Shown piece after piece: positions 29,913 to 39,488 of a stretch of 64,000 nt of DNA. The stretch's first letter is position 1; the number at the start of each line of letters is the position of its first letter. The notes beneath the pieces are model-generated. The model saw only the letters and a program-made list of their open reading frames with translations, ran no database searches and was not told where the DNA came from. The position numbers and the translations under genes were made by a program. This DNA is from an uncultured bacterium (lineage in GTDB: Bacteria > Bacillota_I > Bacilli_A > RFN20 > CAG-826), in the NCBI GenBank assembly GCA_949299395.1, contig CASGAB010000003.1:137-64136 (forward strand). Direction: 5' to 3'.

Positions 29913-29976
29913 AATTATACAAAAATTGATACAAAACGGATATTTTTTTATCTATAATATTAATGGAGATTAATTT

Positions 29977-31278
29977 ATGGATATTATTGAAATAATTGAG
30001 AAAAAAAGAGATGGTTTTGAATTAAATAGAGAAGAAATTCATTATTTTATTAAAAACTATGTTGATAATTTTATTCCTGATTATCAAGCTAGCGCATTAT
30101 TAATGGCTATTTATCTTCGTGGAATGAGTAAAAAAGAAATTGGCATTTTAACCGATGAAATGCGTGTTTCTGGAGAAGTTTGGGATTTAAGTATGATTCC
30201 TGGACTCAAACTTGATAAACATTCTACTGGTGGAGTTGGTGATAAAGTTTCTCTAGTTTTAGGACCAATGATTGCTTCTTGCGGTGGAAAACTTGCAAAA
30301 ATGAGTGGTCGTGGTTTAGGTCATACTGGTGGAACTTTAGATAAATTAGAATCAATTCCAGGTTTGGATATTCATGAAACTTACGAAGAATTTAAAAATC
30401 AAATTAATACAGTAGGAATGGCTATTATTGGTCAAGATACTGAAATTGATCCAGCTGATAAAAAACTTTATGCATTAAGAGATGTTACAGGCACAGTTTC
30501 TTGCATCCCTTTAATCGCTAGTTCAATTATGTCCAAAAAATTAGCAAGTGGTGCTGACTGTATTCTTTTAGATGTTAAATATGGGAGCGGCGCTTTTATG
30601 AAAACCATCGAAGATGCTAAAAATTTAGCTCAAACAATGGTTGATATAGGAAAAGAATTAAATAAAGACGTTAAAGCTGAAATTACTGATATGGATCAAC
30701 CTTTAGGTTTTGCTGTTGGTAATAATCTTGAAATAAAAGAAGTTATTAATACTTTAAAAGGTAATGGTCCTAAAGATTTAATCGAATTATGTCTTGAAAG
30801 CGGAGCAATTATGCTTCAGCAAGGAAAAATTTTTGATAACGAAATTGATGCTAAAAACGCTTTAATTGAAAACATAAAAAACGGCAAAGCATTCGATAAA
30901 TTTAAAGAATTTATTAAAGCACAAAAAGGTGATGTATCTTATATTGAAAACCCTGAAAAATTCCCTGTTGCTAAAAACGTTATAGAAATTCATTCACCAA
31001 AAACTGGATTTGTTAATAAAATTAACGCTTTAGCTATTGGAAAAGGTTCTATGGAACTTGGTGGTGGAAGAGAAAAGATTGAAGATGAAATCGATATGTC
31101 AGCTGGAATTATCTTAAATAAAAAGATTGGAGATAGCGTAAAAGAAGGAGAATTACTCGCAACTTTATATACAAATAAAGAAGAATATTCTCATGTCGAA
31201 AAAAATGTTTTAGAAGCATTTGAAATCGATGATAAATTCGATGAAAGTAATATTTCAAAGAAGATTTCTATTAATTAG
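29977..31278 (+). CDS. pdp: Pyrimidine-nucleoside phosphorylase
   Basis: DKHSTGGVGDK motif. 433 aa. Confidence 0.9.
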   Translation: MDIIEIIEKKRDGFELNREEIHYFIKNYVDNFIPDYQASALLMAIYLRGMSKKEIGILTDEMRVSGEVWDLSMIPGLKLDKHSTGGVGDKVSLVLGPMIASCGGKLAKMSGRGLGHTGGTLDKLESIPGLDIHETYEEFKNQINTVGMAIIGQDTEIDPADKKLYALRDVTGTVSCIPLIASSIMSKKLASGADCILLDVKYGSGAFMKTIEDAKNLAQTMVDIGKELNKDVKAEITDMDQPLGFAVGNNLEIKEVINTLKGNGPKDLIELCLESGAIMLQQGKIFDNEIDAKNALIENIKNGKAFDKFKEFIKAQKGDVSYIENPEKFPVAKNVIEIHSPKTGFVNKINALAIGKGSMELGGGREKIEDEIDMSAGIILNKKIGDSVKEGELLATLYTNKEEYSHVEKNVLEAFEIDDKFDESNISKKISIN

Positions 31279-31292
31279 TAGTTTATTAGTAG

Positions 31293-32576
31293 TTATTTAG
31301 AATTATTTGAGTATTTATTTCTAAGTGATCTAACATCACTTGAACGAACAATTTTCTCTAATTTTGCATAATTATCATTTAATGCTTTCTCATAAGAAGA
31401 GGAAGCATTTTTATTTGCCATATAAAATTTCGCTTCTTTTAAAATTTCAGGAAGATATTGAAGATGTGGCCATACATCTGGCATATCATATGGATATTTA
31501 TCTTCTTCTTGAACGTTAACAGGAGTGTATTTTAAATAATCTAAGACAGGTAAAGGCTTAGAAGAAGCACTATCATATGCTTTATACATAGCTTCGCATG
31601 CTGCTTTCGATTTTGGTGATAAACAAAGGTCAACTATAGCAACAGAAATAGGAATAATTGCTTCAGGTAAACCTACATATTCAGCGGAATCTATCGCAAT
31701 TTTCGTTCTCATGCATGCTTGAGGATTAGCAATACCGACATCTTCATAAGCGGTAACTAAAAGTCTTCTAGTTAAACTTTGTAAATCGTTAGCGATACAT
31801 AATCTTGAGGCATAATATAAGGCAGCATTAACATCGCTTCCTCTAATTGATTTTTGCATAGCAGAAACACTATCATAATGCATATCTTCATCTTTATCGG
31901 TTAAAAGATTCGATACTTTTAAGACTTTTTTAACCATTTCTAGGTTAATTTCTTCTTTTTCATATGAAATTGATAATATTTCTAGGTAATTTAAAGCAAA
32001 GCGGAAATCTCCACCAGAAGAATTAGCAATATAATATAAAGCTTCATCATCAATTTTTAAGTTACCATTAAAACCATTTTTACTATCAATAGCTCTTTTT
32101 AAACCATCGACTATATCGTCATTATTTAAAGGTTTAACTTCTAAAAGATGAACTCTACTTCTTATTGCTCGGTTGATTGAAATATAAGGATTAGCAGTAG
32201 TTGCTCCAATTAAATAAATTGTTCCATTTTCAACAAAAGGAAGTAATATATCTTGCTTGTCTTTATTAATTCGATGAATTTCATCGATAATTACGATTGT
32301 TGGATCATAATATTTTGCTTCTTCAATTGCTTCTTCAATGTCTTTTTTATTTGAAGTAACAGCATTTAAAATTATGATATGGGCATTTAAACTTTTAGCA
32401 TAAGCTTCTGCAATAGTAGTTTTTCCAGTTCCTGGAGGACCATAAAGTATGAAAGATATCGGAGTTTTTGCTTTAACGGAGTTAGTTAAAAAGCCGTGTT
32501 CTCCAACTAAATCTTTTTGACCAATAATTTCACTTAAATCATTTGGTCTAATTCTAAATGCTAAAGGTTTATTCAT
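31293..32576 (-). CDS. rarA: Replication-associated recombination protein A (AAA+ ATPase)
   Basis: RPNDLSEIIGQ and GPPGTGKTT motifs. 427 aa. Confidence 0.9.
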   Translation of the reverse strand: MNKPLAFRIRPNDLSEIIGQKDLVGEHGFLTNSVKAKTPISFILYGPPGTGKTTIAEAYAKSLNAHIIILNAVTSNKKDIEEAIEEAKYYDPTIVIIDEIHRINKDKQDILLPFVENGTIYLIGATTANPYISINRAIRSRVHLLEVKPLNNDDIVDGLKRAIDSKNGFNGNLKIDDEALYYIANSSGGDFRFALNYLEILSISYEKEEINLEMVKKVLKVSNLLTDKDEDMHYDSVSAMQKSIRGSDVNAALYYASRLCIANDLQSLTRRLLVTAYEDVGIANPQACMRTKIAIDSAEYVGLPEAIIPISVAIVDLCLSPKSKAACEAMYKAYDSASSKPLPVLDYLKYTPVNVQEEDKYPYDMPDVWPHLQYLPEILKEAKFYMANKNASSSYEKALNDNYAKLEKIVRSSDVRSLRNKYSNNSK

Positions 32577-32627
32577 ACTATTAAATTATATAGGATTTTA
32601 GGCAAAAATGTATTAATATAATGAACG

Positions 32628-33077
32628 ATGAAAGTACTAATTCAACGCGTATTAAACGCTAATGTAAAAATAGATGGTGCCTTAGTTAATGAAATATCAA
32701 AAGGATATTTACTTTTGGTATCTTTTACTGAGGGAGATAATGAAGAAATTGCTAATAAAATCGCAGAAAAAGTCTGTAATTTACGTATTTTTGAAGATGA
32801 AAATGGTAAAACCAATTTATCTTTAAAAGAAGTTGGAGGAGAAATTTTATCTATTTCTCAATTTACTTTATATGCTGATATTAGAAAAGGAAATCGACCA
32901 TCATTTATTCATTCATTAAGACCTAATGAAGCAGTTATTTTATATGAAAAATTTAACGAAAAGATTAGAAGTTTAGGTTTTAATGTTAAAACTGGTGTTT
33001 TTGGTGCTGACATGAAGATTAATTTAGTTAATGATGGACCATTTACAATTATGGTCGATTCTAAGGAGCTTTTTTAA
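32628..33077 (+). CDS. dtd: D-aminoacyl-tRNA deacylase
   Basis: MKVLIQRV...SQFTLYAD...NGPFT. 149 aa. Confidence 0.9.
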   Translation: MKVLIQRVLNANVKIDGALVNEISKGYLLLVSFTEGDNEEIANKIAEKVCNLRIFEDENGKTNLSLKEVGGEILSISQFTLYADIRKGNRPSFIHSLRPNEAVILYEKFNEKIRSLGFNVKTGVFGADMKINLVNDGPFTIMVDSKELF

Positions 33078-33080
33078 TTT

Positions 33081-34211
33081 ATGAAGGTAATGTTAGGTTT
33101 AAGCGGCGGTGTTGATAGTGCTGTTGCTGCTTATTTATTAAAAAAGCAAGGTCATGAAGTAGTTTGTTGCTTTATGAGAAATTGGGATTCGTTAGCAAAT
33201 AACGATTATTTAGGTAACCCAACAATTGATAATAATATTTGTCCACAAGAACAAGATTATTTAGATGCAAAAGATGTTGCCGATAGACTCGGTTTACCTC
33301 TTTTAAGAATTGATTATATTAAGGAATATTGGGATCATGTTTTTTCTTATTTTATTGAAGAATATAAAAAAGGAAGAACACCAAATCCAGATATTTTCTG
33401 TAATAAATATATTAAATTTGGACCTTTTATTGATTTTGCTAAAGAAAACGGCTGCGATATGATTGCAATGGGGCACTATGCAAAAAGAGTTGAAAAAGAT
33501 GGTAAAGTTTATCTTTATAAAGCTTTTGATAAAAGTAAGGATCAATCATATTTTTTAAGTCAAATTAATAGTGATCAACTTAAATTTTGTTTATTCCCAT
33601 TAGGAGATATAACAAAAAAAGAAGTTCGTCAAATTGCAGAAGAACTTAATCTTGCTTCCGTTGAATATAAAAAAGACTCAACTGGAATTTGTTTTATTGG
33701 CGAAAGAAATTTTAAAGAATTCTTAAAAAACTATATTCCTGCTCAAAAAGGTAAAATCGTAGAAGTTTCTTCTAATATGGTAGTAGGAGAACATGAAGGA
33801 GTATATTATTATACTTTAGGTCAAAGAAAAGGCTTAGGAATCGGTGGAATTAAAGGATTAGATTCTCATGGTTTCTTTGTTTGCAAAAAAGACGTTAAAA
33901 ACAACATTTTATATGTTGCAAAAGATGAAGAAGATGAACATTTATTTAGTGATGAAGCAATTATTTCTTCAATGAATTACTTTAATGAACATATTGAAGA
34001 TGGCGAACATTTAAATGTTAAATTTCGTTATCGTCAAGAAGATAGGGGCGTAACATGCTATAATCTTGAAAATGGCGATATTAAACTTGTTTATGATGAG
34101 CCATATAAAGCAGTCACTCCAGGACAAGCTTGCGTATTTTATAAAGGTGAAGAATGTGTTGGTGGTGGCTTAATTGAACACATTTTCTATAAAGGTAAAT
34201 TAAAAGATTAA
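33081..34211 (+). CDS. mnmA: tRNA-specific 2-thiouridylase MnmA
   Basis: PP-loop SGGVDSAV. 376 aa. Confidence 0.9.
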   Translation: MKVMLGLSGGVDSAVAAYLLKKQGHEVVCCFMRNWDSLANNDYLGNPTIDNNICPQEQDYLDAKDVADRLGLPLLRIDYIKEYWDHVFSYFIEEYKKGRTPNPDIFCNKYIKFGPFIDFAKENGCDMIAMGHYAKRVEKDGKVYLYKAFDKSKDQSYFLSQINSDQLKFCLFPLGDITKKEVRQIAEELNLASVEYKKDSTGICFIGERNFKEFLKNYIPAQKGKIVEVSSNMVVGEHEGVYYYTLGQRKGLGIGGIKGLDSHGFFVCKKDVKNNILYVAKDEEDEHLFSDEAIISSMNYFNEHIEDGEHLNVKFRYRQEDRGVTCYNLENGDIKLVYDEPYKAVTPGQACVFYKGEECVGGGLIEHIFYKGKLKD

Positions 34212-34212
34212 G

Positions 34213-34764
34213 ATGAGAAGTTTTATTTTTAGAACAATTACAATTGTTGCTACGGTAGTTTTTTATATCGTATCTTTTGTTTTACTTTTATTGCTCGATT
34301 TTGAAGCACAAAATGGAACAATGGTTAGCTTAATTAATGGTCAAACTGCTATATTTGGAGGAAATTCAACAATTATTAGAGGAACTTACTCCTTGAACGA
34401 ATTAGTTTTAGATACCTCACTTTTTAGACCAGCAACATTTGCTTTTGATTATTTAACCACAATTGGACTAGTAGTTAATGTTTTAACTCTTATCTTTATG
34501 ATTTTCTATTTCAATAGAAAAATATTACTTTTAATTTCAACAATTGTTAACGTATTGTCTCTTGCATTTTTAGCATTACAACCTCAATTTTTCTTAGTTG
34601 TTAATAGTGGTCAAGAGTTTTATCAAGAGATTTATAATCCAGCAAATGATAATAAAATAATCTCGATTGGAATTATTGTTTTTATCATTATTAATGGCGT
34701 AATTGATTTATTCTATTTAGTTCGATCTTTTGCACTCTTTAAAACTAAAAAAACTATTGAATAA
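34213..34764 (+). CDS. Hypothetical polytopic membrane protein
   Basis: Four or five hydrophobic helices. No recognisable motif. Confidence 0.45.
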   Translation: MRSFIFRTITIVATVVFYIVSFVLLLLLDFEAQNGTMVSLINGQTAIFGGNSTIIRGTYSLNELVLDTSLFRPATFAFDYLTTIGLVVNVLTLIFMIFYFNRKILLLISTIVNVLSLAFLALQPQFFLVVNSGQEFYQEIYNPANDNKIISIGIIVFIIINGVIDLFYLVRSFALFKTKKTIE

Positions 34765-34794
34765 TATCATTATTTTTTCTATAATTTTGACCGA

Positions 34795-35010
34795 GGAAAA
34801 GAAAGGTAAAAATTTATTTTCTTAGAGAGTAGTCATTTGGTGAAAGACTATAAAATAAAATTATCTTAGCCACTTCCCATTAAAAAGGTTAAAAGCCTCG
34901 TTTGTTACGTTATAACTATTAAATTAAGTGCAAAATTACATTTTGAAATAGGATGGTACCGCGATAAATTCGTTCCTAAATAATTTTTATTATTTAGGTT
35001 TTTTTATTTT
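34795..35010 (+). promoter_or_regulatory. T-box riboswitch leader of alaS (Ala-specific)
   Basis: AGAGAGUAG and GGUGAAAG stem-I elements. T-box sequence AAAUAGGAUGGUACCGCGA at about 34947-34965. Terminator CCTAAATAAT-tttt-ATTATTTAGG plus U-tract at 34975-35010. Candidate specifier GCC in uuaGCCa. Confidence 0.75.
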
Positions 35011-35023
35011 TGGAGGCATGTTT

Positions 35024-37633
35024 ATGAAATATTTAACATCACAACAAATTAGAGATACTTGGTTAAACTTCTTTAAAGAAAGAGGTCATATGATTGAACC
35101 GGGTGCAAGTTTAATTCCACATAATGATCCATCTTTACTTTGGATTAACGCTGGTGTTGCTGCATTAAAAAAATATTTTGATGGAAGTGAAATTCCTGAA
35201 TGTAAAAGAATTACAAATGTTCAAAAATGTATTAGAACAAATGATATAGATAACGTTGGTAGAACTGCAAGACACCACACATTCTTTGAAATGCTTGGTA
35301 ATTTCTCTATTGGTGATTATTTTAGAAAAGAAATTGTTGAATGGGCATTTGATATTTTAACTAACGAAAAATATTTTGGTTTAGATAAAGAAAAATTATA
35401 TGTTACATATCATCCAGACGATAAAGAAACATGTGAATTATGGATTAAGCAAGGTTTAGATGAATCTCATTTAATTCCATTAGAAGGAAATTTTTGGCAA
35501 ATTGGTGAAGGGCCTTGTGGACCTAACACTGAAGTTTTCTTTGATCGTGGTGAAAAATATGATCCAGAAAATATTGGTATAGATTTACTTAAAAACGATA
35601 TGGAAAATGATCGTTATATTGAAATTTGGGGTATCGTTTTCTCTCAATTTAATGCTGTTAATGGTGTAGAAAGAAAAGATTATAAAGAATTACCACATAA
35701 AAACATCGATACTGGTGCAGGTTTAGAAAGAATTGCTTGTGTTTTACAAGAAACAGAAACAAATTTTGAAACCGACCTTTTCATGCCTTATATTAAAGAA
35801 ACTCAAAAATTATGCGATAAACCTTATGAAGGTGAATATTTAATGCCATATAGAGTTATTGCTGATCATATTAGAGCATGTACATTTGCTCTTGCTGATG
35901 GTGAATTCTTCTCAAATGAAGGAAGAGGCTATGTTTTAAGAAGACTTTTAAGAAGAGCTATGAGATATGGCCAAAAACTCGGATTCCACGAACCATTCTT
36001 ATATAAACTTGTTCCTACAGTTGCTGAGAATATGAATGGATTCTATCCATATTTAATGGATAAACAAGAATTTTTAATGAAAATCATTAAAGCAGAAGAA
36101 GAAAAATTCTTAAAAACTTTAAATAGTGGCGAAATGATTTTAAATGAAATGATTGAAGGAAAAACTGAATTAAGTGGTGAAGATGCATTTAAACTTTATG
36201 ATACTTATGGTTTCCCAATCGAATTAACTAGAGAAATTTGTGAAGATGGTGGAGTTAATGTTGATTTTGATAAATTCAAAGAATGTTTAGAAAAACAAAA
36301 AGAACTCGCAAGAAATTCTAGAAAAAATATCGAATCTTTCAATAAACAATCAAAAGATTTATTGGATTTTAAAGATGAATCTTCATTTACATATGATTAT
36401 AGTGATTTAACAAGTAAAGTTATTGGTTTATTTAAAGATGATGTTAAAGTCAATTCATTAGAAGACGAAGGAGATATTATCGTTGAAAAAACCAATTTCT
36501 ATGCGGAAATGGGTGGTCAAGTTGCTGATACGGGTGTTATTGAAAATGATAACTTTAGTTCAATTGTAACTAACGTTATTAAAGCTCCAAATAAGCAACA
36601 TTTACATCACATTAAAATTAAACTTGGAACAGTTTCATTAGGTGACACAGTCAAACTTTCTATCGATAAGGATAGAAGACATGCAATTATGAAAAACCAT
36701 AGTGCAACTCACCTTTTACAATCTGCATTAATTAATATTGTTGGTAAAGATATTCGTCAAAAGGGTAGCTTCGTTAACGAAGAATATTTAAGGTTTGACT
36801 TCTCACACTTTGAAAAGATCGATCCAATTACATTAGGAAAAGTTGAAAGAGAAGTTAACCGTTATATTTCAATGATGTTAGAAAATAACACAGTTGAACT
36901 TCCTGTTGAAGAAGCTAAAAATACAGGTGCTTTAGCTGAATTCGATGAAAAATATGGCGATTTAGTTAGAGTTGTTTCTTTTGGAGATGTCTCAAAAGAA
37001 TTCTGTGGTGGAACACACTGTAAAAATACTGGAGATATCGGATTATTTGTTATTAAATCAGAAGAAAGTATTTCAGCTGGTGTTAGAAGAATTGAAGCAA
37101 CAACTTCATTCTCTGCATATAAATATTTAAAGCAAAGAGATGATTTATTAGCTCAAATTAGAGAAGATCTCGATGTTAAATCAAATAGTGAAATTATGCA
37201 AAGATTAAGTGTTTTAAATAATGATTTAGCAGAAGTTAAAGAAATTGTTAAAAACATGAATAAGAAAATGGTTGAAAATCAACAAAGAACAATTGCTGAT
37301 TTAATTAAAAATGAAAAAGAAGTTACCTTCTTTGTTAGATATTTCAGTGATTTAAATAGAGATGGCTTAATGCAAATTTTAAATTTCATTAAAGGTAGAG
37401 CTCAAAATTATCTTGTTATCTTAGTTGGTAATGAAGATGGTAAACATCCAATTGTTGTTGGAGCAAGCCAAGATCTAATTGAAAAAGGATATAAAGCAGG
37501 AGAAGTTTTAAAGAAAATTGCTGCTGTTTGTGGCGGAAATGGTGGTGGAAAACCAGATCGTGCTCAAGGTAATATTCTTGATATTGAGAAATTAAATTTC
37601 ACATTAGAAGATTTAAAAGAATGGAAAAAATAA
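35024..37633 (+). CDS. alaS: Alanyl-tRNA synthetase
   Basis: Class II aaRS motifs, editing domain with HxxxH, C-terminal DHHA1 domain. The ATG at 35024 sits 7 nt after GGAGG. The track ATG at 35018 is too close to the SD. Confidence 0.95.
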   Translation: MKYLTSQQIRDTWLNFFKERGHMIEPGASLIPHNDPSLLWINAGVAALKKYFDGSEIPECKRITNVQKCIRTNDIDNVGRTARHHTFFEMLGNFSIGDYFRKEIVEWAFDILTNEKYFGLDKEKLYVTYHPDDKETCELWIKQGLDESHLIPLEGNFWQIGEGPCGPNTEVFFDRGEKYDPENIGIDLLKNDMENDRYIEIWGIVFSQFNAVNGVERKDYKELPHKNIDTGAGLERIACVLQETETNFETDLFMPYIKETQKLCDKPYEGEYLMPYRVIADHIRACTFALADGEFFSNEGRGYVLRRLLRRAMRYGQKLGFHEPFLYKLVPTVAENMNGFYPYLMDKQEFLMKIIKAEEEKFLKTLNSGEMILNEMIEGKTELSGEDAFKLYDTYGFPIELTREICEDGGVNVDFDKFKECLEKQKELARNSRKNIESFNKQSKDLLDFKDESSFTYDYSDLTSKVIGLFKDDVKVNSLEDEGDIIVEKTNFYAEMGGQVADTGVIENDNFSSIVTNVIKAPNKQHLHHIKIKLGTVSLGDTVKLSIDKDRRHAIMKNHSATHLLQSALINIVGKDIRQKGSFVNEEYLRFDFSHFEKIDPITLGKVEREVNRYISMMLENNTVELPVEEAKNTGALAEFDEKYGDLVRVVSFGDVSKEFCGGTHCKNTGDIGLFVIKSEESISAGVRRIEATTSFSAYKYLKQRDDLLAQIREDLDVKSNSEIMQRLSVLNNDLAEVKEIVKNMNKKMVENQQRTIADLIKNEKEVTFFVRYFSDLNRDGLMQILNFIKGRAQNYLVILVGNEDGKHPIVVGASQDLIEKGYKAGEVLKKIAAVCGGNGGGKPDRAQGNILDIEKLNFTLEDLKEWKK

Positions 37634-38040
37634 TTGGTTTAGATTTAGGAACGACTTCGTTAGGAATAGCTTATTCCGATTCATTAGGAATTGTTCATAA
37701 TTATGAAAATTTCAATTTTGAAAGAGGAAATTATAAAAAAGCTAGAGAACATTTAATTGAAGTAATTAATAAACTTGATACTAAAAAGATAGTCATCGGT
37801 TTACCTCTTCAACTTGATCGAAATGAAGGAGAAAGATGTAAATCTGTTCGTCGATTTGCTGCGGATGTATTAAAATTAGATGATACAATCGAATTTATTT
37901 ATTTTGATGAATCTTTTTCAACAATCGAAGCAAAGCAAAGATTAATTGAATCAGGTGCTAAAAGTGATGATATAAAAGCTAATATCGATATGGTTAGTGC
38001 TTATATTATTTTAGAAGATTATTTAAGGAGTAAGAGATGA
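37621..38040 (+). CDS. ruvX: Holliday-junction-resolvase-like pre-16S rRNA nuclease YqgF/RuvX
   Basis: IIGLDLGTTSLGIAYSD. 139 aa. Confidence 0.85.
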   Translation: MEKIIGLDLGTTSLGIAYSDSLGIVHNYENFNFERGNYKKAREHLIEVINKLDTKKIVIGLPLQLDRNEGERCKSVRRFAADVLKLDDTIEFIYFDESFSTIEAKQRLIESGAKSDDIKANIDMVSAYIILEDYLRSKR

Positions 38041-38306
38041 AAAAAGAATTAGGTGAAAACGAAATTCAAATTTATGATGAAGAAGGTAATGAATATTTAT
38101 TCAATATCCTTTTTACATATGAAAATGAAGAACGCGGAGCAGAATATGTTTTCGTTTATGATCCAGCAAAACCAGAAGATATTTTCGTTATGAAATATAA
38201 TGAAGATGGTGAGCTTTTTGAAGTTACTGATGAAGAAGAATTAGCAGAAGCTGATGAAGTTTTAGGAGCTTATGAAGAAGATCCTAAAATAAACGACATT
38301 AAGTAA
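38037..38306 (+). CDS. DUF1292 family small acidic protein
   Basis: EIQIYDEEGNEYLFNIL...YVFVY pattern. Conserved partner of ruvX in Firmicutes. Confidence 0.7.
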   Translation: MKKELGENEIQIYDEEGNEYLFNILFTYENEERGAEYVFVYDPAKPEDIFVMKYNEDGELFEVTDEEELAEADEVLGAYEEDPKINDIK

Positions 38307-38363
38307 TAGAATTAATTATTAATTATTGATAAAATATTTATCGCGAATAGTGAGGAAAAAGAT

Positions 38364-38864
38364 ATGGTAAATTCAAAAGATTTAGTTTTAACAAAAGAAG
38401 GTGCTGAAGGCTTAAAAGCTGAATATAGAAGATTAATTGATATTGAACGTCCTGCAGTTATCGAACAACTTCAAGCTGCTAGAGCAATGGGCGACTTAAG
38501 TGAAAACGCTGATTATGATGCTGCTAGAAATAAACAAGCTGAAATTGAAGGTAGAATTAAAGAAATCGAAGCAATTTTAGCTGATGCAAAGATTGTTGTT
38601 GATAATAAAAAAGCAAAAGATGTTAAACTTTCAAACATCGTTACTTATAAAGATTTATCAACAAATGAAGATATTACAGTTAAAATCATTTCTTCAGTTG
38701 AATTAATGCAACATAAAGATAGTAGTGGAAATGATGATAACAATGTCATTAAAATTTCAAATGTTTGCGCTTTAGGTCAAGCATTACTTGGTCATTCAGT
38801 TGGTGACACTGTCACTGTTAAAGTTGCAAAACCTTACGATATTGAAATTGTTTCTATTAAATAA
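38364..38864 (+). CDS. greA: Transcription elongation factor GreA
   Basis: 166 aa. Coiled-coil N-terminus and FKBP-like C-terminus. Confidence 0.9.
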   Translation: MVNSKDLVLTKEGAEGLKAEYRRLIDIERPAVIEQLQAARAMGDLSENADYDAARNKQAEIEGRIKEIEAILADAKIVVDNKKAKDVKLSNIVTYKDLSTNEDITVKIISSVELMQHKDSSGNDDNNVIKISNVCALGQALLGHSVGDTVTVKVAKPYDIEIVSIK

Positions 38865-38890
38865 TAAAAATTTTTAAAAAAGTGAATAAA

Positions 38891-38936
38891 AAACCTCCTT
38901 TGTAGCATTCTTGTATATAAAGGAGGTTTTTATTTT
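38891..38936 (+). terminator. Intrinsic terminator after greA
   Basis: AAACCTCCTT ... AAGGAGGTTT, a 10-bp stem, followed by TTTTATTTTAT. Confidence 0.75.
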
Positions 38937-39488
38937 ATGATTATTAAAATCATATTAGGCGGTTTAATTGTAACTGTTATTGGACTTGTTGTTTTCCAAG
39001 CGATTGATTCTAATTTAAAAAATGTGGGAAATCCAGATGATTCTATTATTAATAATGGAATCGAAGAAGAAAACAAGATTTCAGTTGGCGTAAGTGGTGA
39101 AGTTACTAGAAGCGGTAATTATGTTCTTGATGAAGGAGCTACCATGGCTGATTTAATTGAAGCGGCTGGAGGAGTTACAAGTAATGCTGATGAAAGATGT
39201 TATTTCTTTGAAGCTGTTTTAGAAGATACTGAATCTTACTATATTCCACCTAAATTTGAAGTAGATGATGTTTGTGGAAATAATCCAATTTTTAAAATTA
39301 ATATCAATTCTGCTTCAAGTGCTGAATTGATGGAAATTACTGGCGTTGGTGAAACTATTAGTGAGAAAATAGTAGATTATCGAGATGAAAATGGTACTTT
39401 TTATGCTTTAGAAGAGCTTAAAAAAGTTAATGGAATCGGACCTTCTACCTTCAGTAAGATGAGAAATGAAATCATCTTGAAAGATTAA
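38937..39488 (+). CDS. comEA: Competence protein ComEA (DNA receptor, tandem helix-hairpin-helix)
   Basis: N-terminal transmembrane segment. C-terminal HhH motif INSASSAELMEITGVGETISEKIVDYR. Confidence 0.8.
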   Translation: MIIKIILGGLIVTVIGLVVFQAIDSNLKNVGNPDDSIINNGIEEENKISVGVSGEVTRSGNYVLDEGATMADLIEAAGGVTSNADERCYFFEAVLEDTESYYIPPKFEVDDVCGNNPIFKININSASSAELMEITGVGETISEKIVDYRDENGTFYALEELKKVNGIGPSTFSKMRNEIILKD

